Of a stretch of DNA of 64,000 nucleotides, positions 58,466-64,000 are shown in pieces. How positions within the stretch are numbered: the first letter of the stretch is position 1; every line of letters begins with the position of its first letter. Below the pieces are notes generated by a model that saw only the letters and a list, made by a program, of their open reading frames with translations, had not been told where the DNA came from and searched no databases. Made by a program: the position numbers and the translations under genes. The DNA is from Mustelus asterias (taxonomy: Eukaryota), in assembly GCF_964213995.1 (NCBI RefSeq), contig NC_135823.1:186001-250000 (forward strand). Direction: 5' to 3'.

Positions 58466-59475
58466 ATGAGCGATAGGCCAGTTCGGTGCTTCCAGTGTGG
58501 GATGTGGGAGTTCCTGGAAACACCTAGCCTCCCAGAGGTTCACATTTGTGCCAGGTGCGTGGAACTGCAGCTCCTGAGGGACCGTGTCACGGAACTGGAG
58601 CTGCAGATTGCTGACCTTGGTCTAGTCAGGGAGAATGAGAGAATAATTGACATGAGTTATAGGCAACTAGTTACACCGGGGCATCGGGAGGAAGACACGT
58701 GGGTCACAGTTAGGAGGAGTAAAGGTCAGAAGGGTAACGTACCAGAGAGTACTCCAGTGGCTGTCTCTCGTAATAGGAAGGGCTCGGCGACAGGTGTGAG
58801 AGGGGAGGGGAGTGAGCAATTAGAGGAGGGGTCACCTGTGGTTGTCCCACTCCAAAACAAGTATATTGTTTTGGATAGTGTGGGGGAGGATGACTCTCCA
58901 GGGGTAAGCCATAGTGACCAGGTCACTGGCACACAGTCAGGCTCTGTGGCCCGGAAAGGAAAGAGAGGGGTCAGGAGAGCAATAGTGGCGGGGGATGCGT
59001 CGGTTAGAGGCACGGACAGGCGATTCTGTGGGTGTGAACGGGACTCCAGGATGGTAGTCTGCCTACCTGGTGCTGGGGTCATGGATGTCTCCGAGTGGAT
59101 AGGAGGCAAATTAAAAGGGGAAGATAAAGAAACGGATGTCATTGTACACATTGGTGCAAATGGCGTAGATAGGAAGAGCAGGGGGATCCTACGATAGCAA
59201 TTCAGGGAGTTGGGAAATAGGCTGAAAAGTAGGGCCTCCAGGATGGCCATCTCTGGGCTGCTCCCAATGCCTCGTGCCAGTGAGGCTAAGAATAGGGAGC
59301 GAGTAAAATTGAATGCTTGGCTAAAAGATTGGTCCAGGAGGGAGGGCTTCATTTTCCTAGATCAATGGGAAGTTTTCAGGAGAGGATGGCACCTGTAAAA
59401 GAAGGACGGGTCACAACTCAGTTGGAATGGCACGAATATCCTGGCTGGGAGTTTTGCTAGTGCAGTTCGGGGGGT
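58466..59475 (+). pseudogene. CR1 ORF1 (zinc finger/leucine zipper/esterase-like), disrupted
   Basis: MSDRPVRCFQC..HICARC..LELQIADL; AIVAGDASVR, CLPGA, VHIGAN; premature stops at 59195 and 59396. Confidence 0.85.
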
Positions 59476-60115
59476 TTAAACTAGTATGGCAGGGGGGAGG
59501 GGATCAAAATATTAGGTCTACAAGTGTAGAGGCTGGGGACGAGCTTGGGGCTGGGACAAGGCTGGTAAAGAAGAAGAGCACTATGGGGGAGGATGACCTC
59601 ACTGGGCCTGGAGGTCTGGAGTGCTTATACTTCAATGCAAGGAGCGTAGCAGGTAAGACAGATGAACTTAGGGCCTTAATGCTCACGAGGAATTTGGATG
59701 TGGTTGCGGTGACAGAGACTTGGTTGAAAGAGGGACAGGACTGGCAGCTGAATATTCGGGGGTACAAGTGTTTTAGGCGAGACAGAGGAGGGGCCAAAAG
59801 AGGGGGGGAGTAGCAGTATTAGTTGGAGAGCATATTACAGCGGTGCAGAGGGAGGACAATTCAGAGGGGTCGTGTAACGAGTCACTCAGGGTGGAGCTTA
59901 GAAACAGGAAGGGCGCAGTCACTATGTTGGGGGTGTACTACAGGCCCCCCAACAGCCCAAGGGAAGTGGAAGAACGGATATGTCAGGAGATACTGGATAG
60001 GTGCAGGAAAAATAGGGTTGTTGTAGTGGGAGACTTCAATTTCCCTGGTACAGACTGGAAATCGCTGAGAGCAGGGACTCTGAATGGGGAGGAATTTGTA
60101 AAATGCGTACAGGAG

Positions 60116-60454
60116 GCACGGTAGCACAGTGGTTAGCACTACTGCTTCACAACTCCAGGGACCTGGGTTCGATTCCCGGCGTGGGTCACTGTCTGTGTGG
60201 AGTTTGCACATTCTCCTCGTGTCTGCGTGGGTTTCCTCCGGGTGCTCCGGTTTCCTCCCACAGTCCAAAGATGTGTGGGTTAGTTTGATTGGCCATGCTA
60301 AAATTGCCCCTTAGTGTCCTGAGATGCGTAGGTTAGAGGGATTAGCGGGTAAAATATGGAGGGATATGGGGGTAGGGCCTGGGTGGGATTGTGGTCGGTG
60401 CCGACTCGATGGGCCGAATGGCCTCTTTCTGAACTGTAGGTTTTTTTTAAAAAA
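60116..60454 (+). mobile_element. HE1-type V-SINE inserted in the CR1 endonuclease region
   Basis: tRNA-like head, V-domain and CR1-like tail; flanked by target-site duplication aggag (60111-60115 / 60455-60459). Confidence 0.9.
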
Positions 60455-60981
60455 AGGAGCGTTCTTTGGAACAATATGTAGATAGCCCGACTAGAGAGCG
60501 GGCTAGACTGGACCTCGTACTGGGGAATGAGCCCGGTCAGGTCTTCAACGTTTCGGTAGGGGAACATGTGGCAAATGGTGACCACAATTCTGTTAGCTTT
60601 AGGATAGTGATGGAAAAGGATGAGTGGTGTCCCAAGGGTAAGGTGTTGGATTGGGGGAAGGTTAACTTTAGTGGGATTAGGCAGAAATTGGCAGCTCTTG
60701 ATTGGGAGAGGCTGTTTGAGGGTAAATCCACATCTGGCATGTGGGAGTCTTTGAAGGAACAGTTGTAAGGGCTACAGGACAGGCATATGCCTGTTAAAAA
60801 GGATAGGAAGGGTAGGATTCCAGAACCGTGGATAACCAGGGAAATTGAGGGACTGGTCAAAAAGAAAAGAGAGGCGTATGGTAGGTCCAGGCAGCTAAAA
60901 ACGGAGGGAGCTCTGGAGGAGTACAAAGAAAGTAGGAAATAAATCAAATGGGGAATTAGAAGAGCAAAAAGGGGTCACGAA

Positions 60982-62571
60982 ATGTTCTTTGCAGACAGGA
61001 TTAAGGAGAATCCCAAGGCATTTTATTCATACGTTAGGAACAAAAGGGTTGTCAGGGAAAAAATCGGACCTCTCAGGGACAAAAGTGGGGAATTATGCTT
61101 GGAGCCCAAAGAAGTAGGGGAGATCCTAAATGAATACTTTGCGTCGGTATTCACAAAGGAGAGGGATGTGTTGACTGGGAATGTCTCGGAGGGGAGAGTT
61201 GAACCGTTGGAGAAAATCTCCATTACAAAGGAGGAAGTGTTAGGTTTGTTAGAGAATTTAAAGACTGACAAATCCCCAGGGCCTGATGGAATCTATCCAA
61301 GGCTGCTCAGGGAGACGAGAGATGAAATCGCTGGGCCTCTGATGCAAATCTTTGTCTCGTCACTGGACGCAGGTGAGGTCCCAGAGGATTGGAGGATAGC
61401 TAATGTGGTCCCGTTATTTAAGAAGGGTAGGAAGGATAACCCGGGTAATTATAGGCCGCTGAGCTTGATGTCCGTGGTGGGGAAGTTGTTGGAGAAGATT
61501 CTTAGAGATAGGATGTATGAGCATTTAGAAAGGAATAAACTCATTAACGATAGTCAGCATGGTTTTGTGAGAGGGAGGTCATGCCTCACTAACCTGGTGG
61601 AGTTTTTTGAAGAAGTGACAAAAATGGTTGACGAGGGAAGGGCCGTGGATGTTGTCTATATGGACTTTAGTAAAGCGTTTGACAAAGTCCCTCATGGCAG
61701 GCTGGTGAAAAAGGTTGGATCCCATGGGATAAAGGGGGAGGTGGCTAGATGGGTGGAGAACTGGCTTGGTCACAGAAGACAGAGTGTGGAGGTGGAAGGG
61801 TCTTTTTCCGGCTGGAGGCCTGTGACGAGTGGTGTTCCGCAGGGCTCTGTATTGGGACCTCTGCTGTTCGTGATTTATATGAATGATCTGGAAGAAGGTG
61901 TAACTGGGGTGATCAGTAAGTTTGCGGATGGCACAAAATTGGCAGGACTTGCAGATAGTGAGGAGCATTGTCAGAAGCTACAGAAGGATATAGATAGGCT
62001 GAAAATTTGGGCAAAGAAATGGCAGATGGAGTTCAATCCTGATAAATGCGAAGTGATGCATTTTGGTAGAAATGATGGAGGGAGGAGCTATATGATAAAT
62101 GGCAGAACCAGAAAGGGTGTAGATACGCAGAGGGACCTGGGTGTGCAAGTCCACAGATCCTTGAAAGTGACGTCACAGGTGGAGAAGGTGGTGAAGAAGG
62201 CATATGGCATGCTTGCCTTTATAGGACGGGGCATAGAGTATAAAAGTTGGGGTCTGATGTTGCAGATGGATAGAACGTTGGTTCGGCCGCATCTGGAATA
62301 CTGCATCCAGTTCTGGTCGCCACACTACCAGAAGGACGTGGAGGCTTTGGTGAGAGTACAGAGGAGGTTTACCAGGATGTTACCTGCTATGGAGGGGCTT
62401 AGTTATGAGGAGAGATTTAGTAAACTGGGGTTGTTCTCCCTGGAAAGACGGAGGATGAGTGGAGACTTAATAGAGGTGTATAAAATTATGAAAGGCATAG
62501 ATAGGGTGAACGGTGGGAAGCTTTTCCCCAGGTCGGTGGTGACGTTCACGAGGGTAATAGGTTCAAGGTGA
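60982..62571 (+). pseudogene. CR1 ORF2 reverse-transcriptase portion (529-aa open remnant)
   Basis: All RT motifs are present but catalytic FADD reads FADG; upstream ORF2 is broken by a SINE and stops; 3' frameshift. Confidence 0.9.
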
Positions 62572-64000
62572 AGGGGGGGAGGTTTAACACAGGTATCAGA
62601 CGGACATATTTTACACAGAGGGTGGTGGGGGCCTGGAATGCGCTGCCAGGCAAGGTGGTGGAGGCGGACACACTGGGAACGTTTAAGACTTATCTAGACA
62701 GCCATATGAACGGAGTGGAAATGGAGGGATACAAAAGAATGGTCTAGTTTGGACCAGGGAGCGGCGCGGGCTTGGAGGTTCGAAGGGCCTGTTCCTTTGC
62801 TGTATTGTTCTTTGTTCTTGTTGAGTCAGACACGTCCCCCAAGCAAGCCAACGTCGCTTGAAAATTAACACTTATCTCCTTGCTCCCTCTCCAATGCCTT
62901 GCCGCCTGTTCCTCGCTTATCAAGAGTTACACCAAACCCCGGTGACCTCTGGCAGCGATGTGACTGGATATCACTTGGCCACTGGATCTGCGGTCGGGTT
63001 TGACTCCCGGTTTGTGTCACTGCCTGTACAGAGTTTGTACGTTTTCCTCGTGCGTCCGTTTCCTCCGGGACCTCCGGTTTCTTCCCACAGTCCGAAAGAC
63101 GTGCTGGTTAGGTGCCTTGAGTATGCTAAATTCACCCTCAGTGTACCCGAACAGGCGTTGGAGTGTGGCAACTGTGGGATTTTCAAATAATTTCATTGCA
63201 GTGTTAATATAAGTCTACTTGTGACTAATAAACAATCAACTTAAATAAATGAATAAACTAATGACATTCCAGTTAAAGTATTGGCATCATCATTGGGTTT
63301 CCGCCTGCTTTGTGTCAGAACCCAGGAGCGGTGGGAAAGGCATTTCCGGTTTATCCTGATAACTCTTACGCCCGTCGCGAATCCCTTGTTTCCGCCGACG
63401 CCCCATTCACCAGCGCAGCGGGATTCCCGCCGGTCGCCTGAAGATGTCAGAGAGTCGCCCCCTTCTGCTCAGGCAGAGAAATCCACCAGTCACATAATCG
63501 CACAGGATTCATATTGGTAATTAAAACAGATTTCAGTTCCACTCAGATTATGTTTAAGCATAACAATTATTGGTCAATGGAAACATTTGGTGCAGTGTTA
63601 GAATCGAAGAATGATTTATTTTGCTTACATAAAGGAATCTTAAAACAAATAACAATCCCGTCATTAACTGGAGTTACAGAATCCGTATTGAAAGCTGAGG
63701 TACAAAAACAAGGAAGGCCCCAGTGTGTCATTTCACACTTGAATGACCTTACTATAGTAGAATATCTTTCACAATGCTGAAGAAAACTCGCTACACATTT
63801 GATAAAATGAGCCAGTCTTTCTAATCTGCGGCCAGTATGCGGGAAAAGTTAAGCTGTTTGAGGGGAATGTACTTGCTCCCATGTTGAATTCCACAGAGCA
63901 GAGCATACATTGGTAATTCCAGTCTCCTGCGTCATACATCACAGACAAAATTCCCCGATTCTCATTTCCGGTTCTTCTTTTTTGACCTTATTTCCAATGC

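Larger units (their letters stand above)
58040..62822 (+). mobile_element. Near full-length, inactivated CR1-clade LINE (5'UTR, ORF1, ORF2, simple-repeat tail)
   Basis: ORF1 from 58466: CxxC..CxxC finger, coiled coil, SGNH-esterase-like domain. ORF2: APE endonuclease motifs (FNARS, TETWL, YRPP, GDFN) and RT motifs (DFSKAFDKV, GVPQGSVLGP, FADG). Tail tgttctttgttctt. Stops and frameshifts present; 5' boundary approximate. Confidence 0.93.

Noticed and set aside
60982-62571. 529-aa RT ORF as an active or domesticated gene
   Set aside because: Catalytic Asp is mutated (FADG), the endonuclease is separated by a SINE and stops, and the 3' end is frameshifted.

Overview
Repeat-dense vertebrate genomic DNA. 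The tRNA-headed V-domain (HE1-type) SINEs, CR1 and Rex1/Babar-type LINEs and Penelope remnants indicate a cartilaginous fish (shark). Nearly all ORFs in the supplied track are transposon debris. One intact host gene can be assembled by hand on the minus strand (12773->4628). It has six coding exons with canonical GT-AG introns and encodes a 303-aa type I membrane protein: leader, germline-joined VJ Ig domain (FGxG motif in the V exon, no RSS seen), C1-set Ig domain, Cys-containing stalk with uncharged TM, and a cytoplasmic tail ending in TLYARL (ITSM/ITIM-like). This is a non-rearranging, antigen-receptor-like (VJ-C1), probably inhibitory receptor, and is the main finding. Also present: an orphan signal-peptide-like exon about 17 kb upstream of the gene; a Penelope-like element with inverted pLTRs carrying two identical minimal hammerhead ribozyme cores; a near full-length but dead CR1 LINE interrupted by a SINE; two solo LTRs of one family; three short local duplications that look like templated insertions (one inverted); several TE-derived tandem arrays; and assembly gaps in GA-rich microsatellite DNA. 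Exon boundaries were read base by base. Repeat boundaries are approximate, and not every SINE/LINE fragment is listed.
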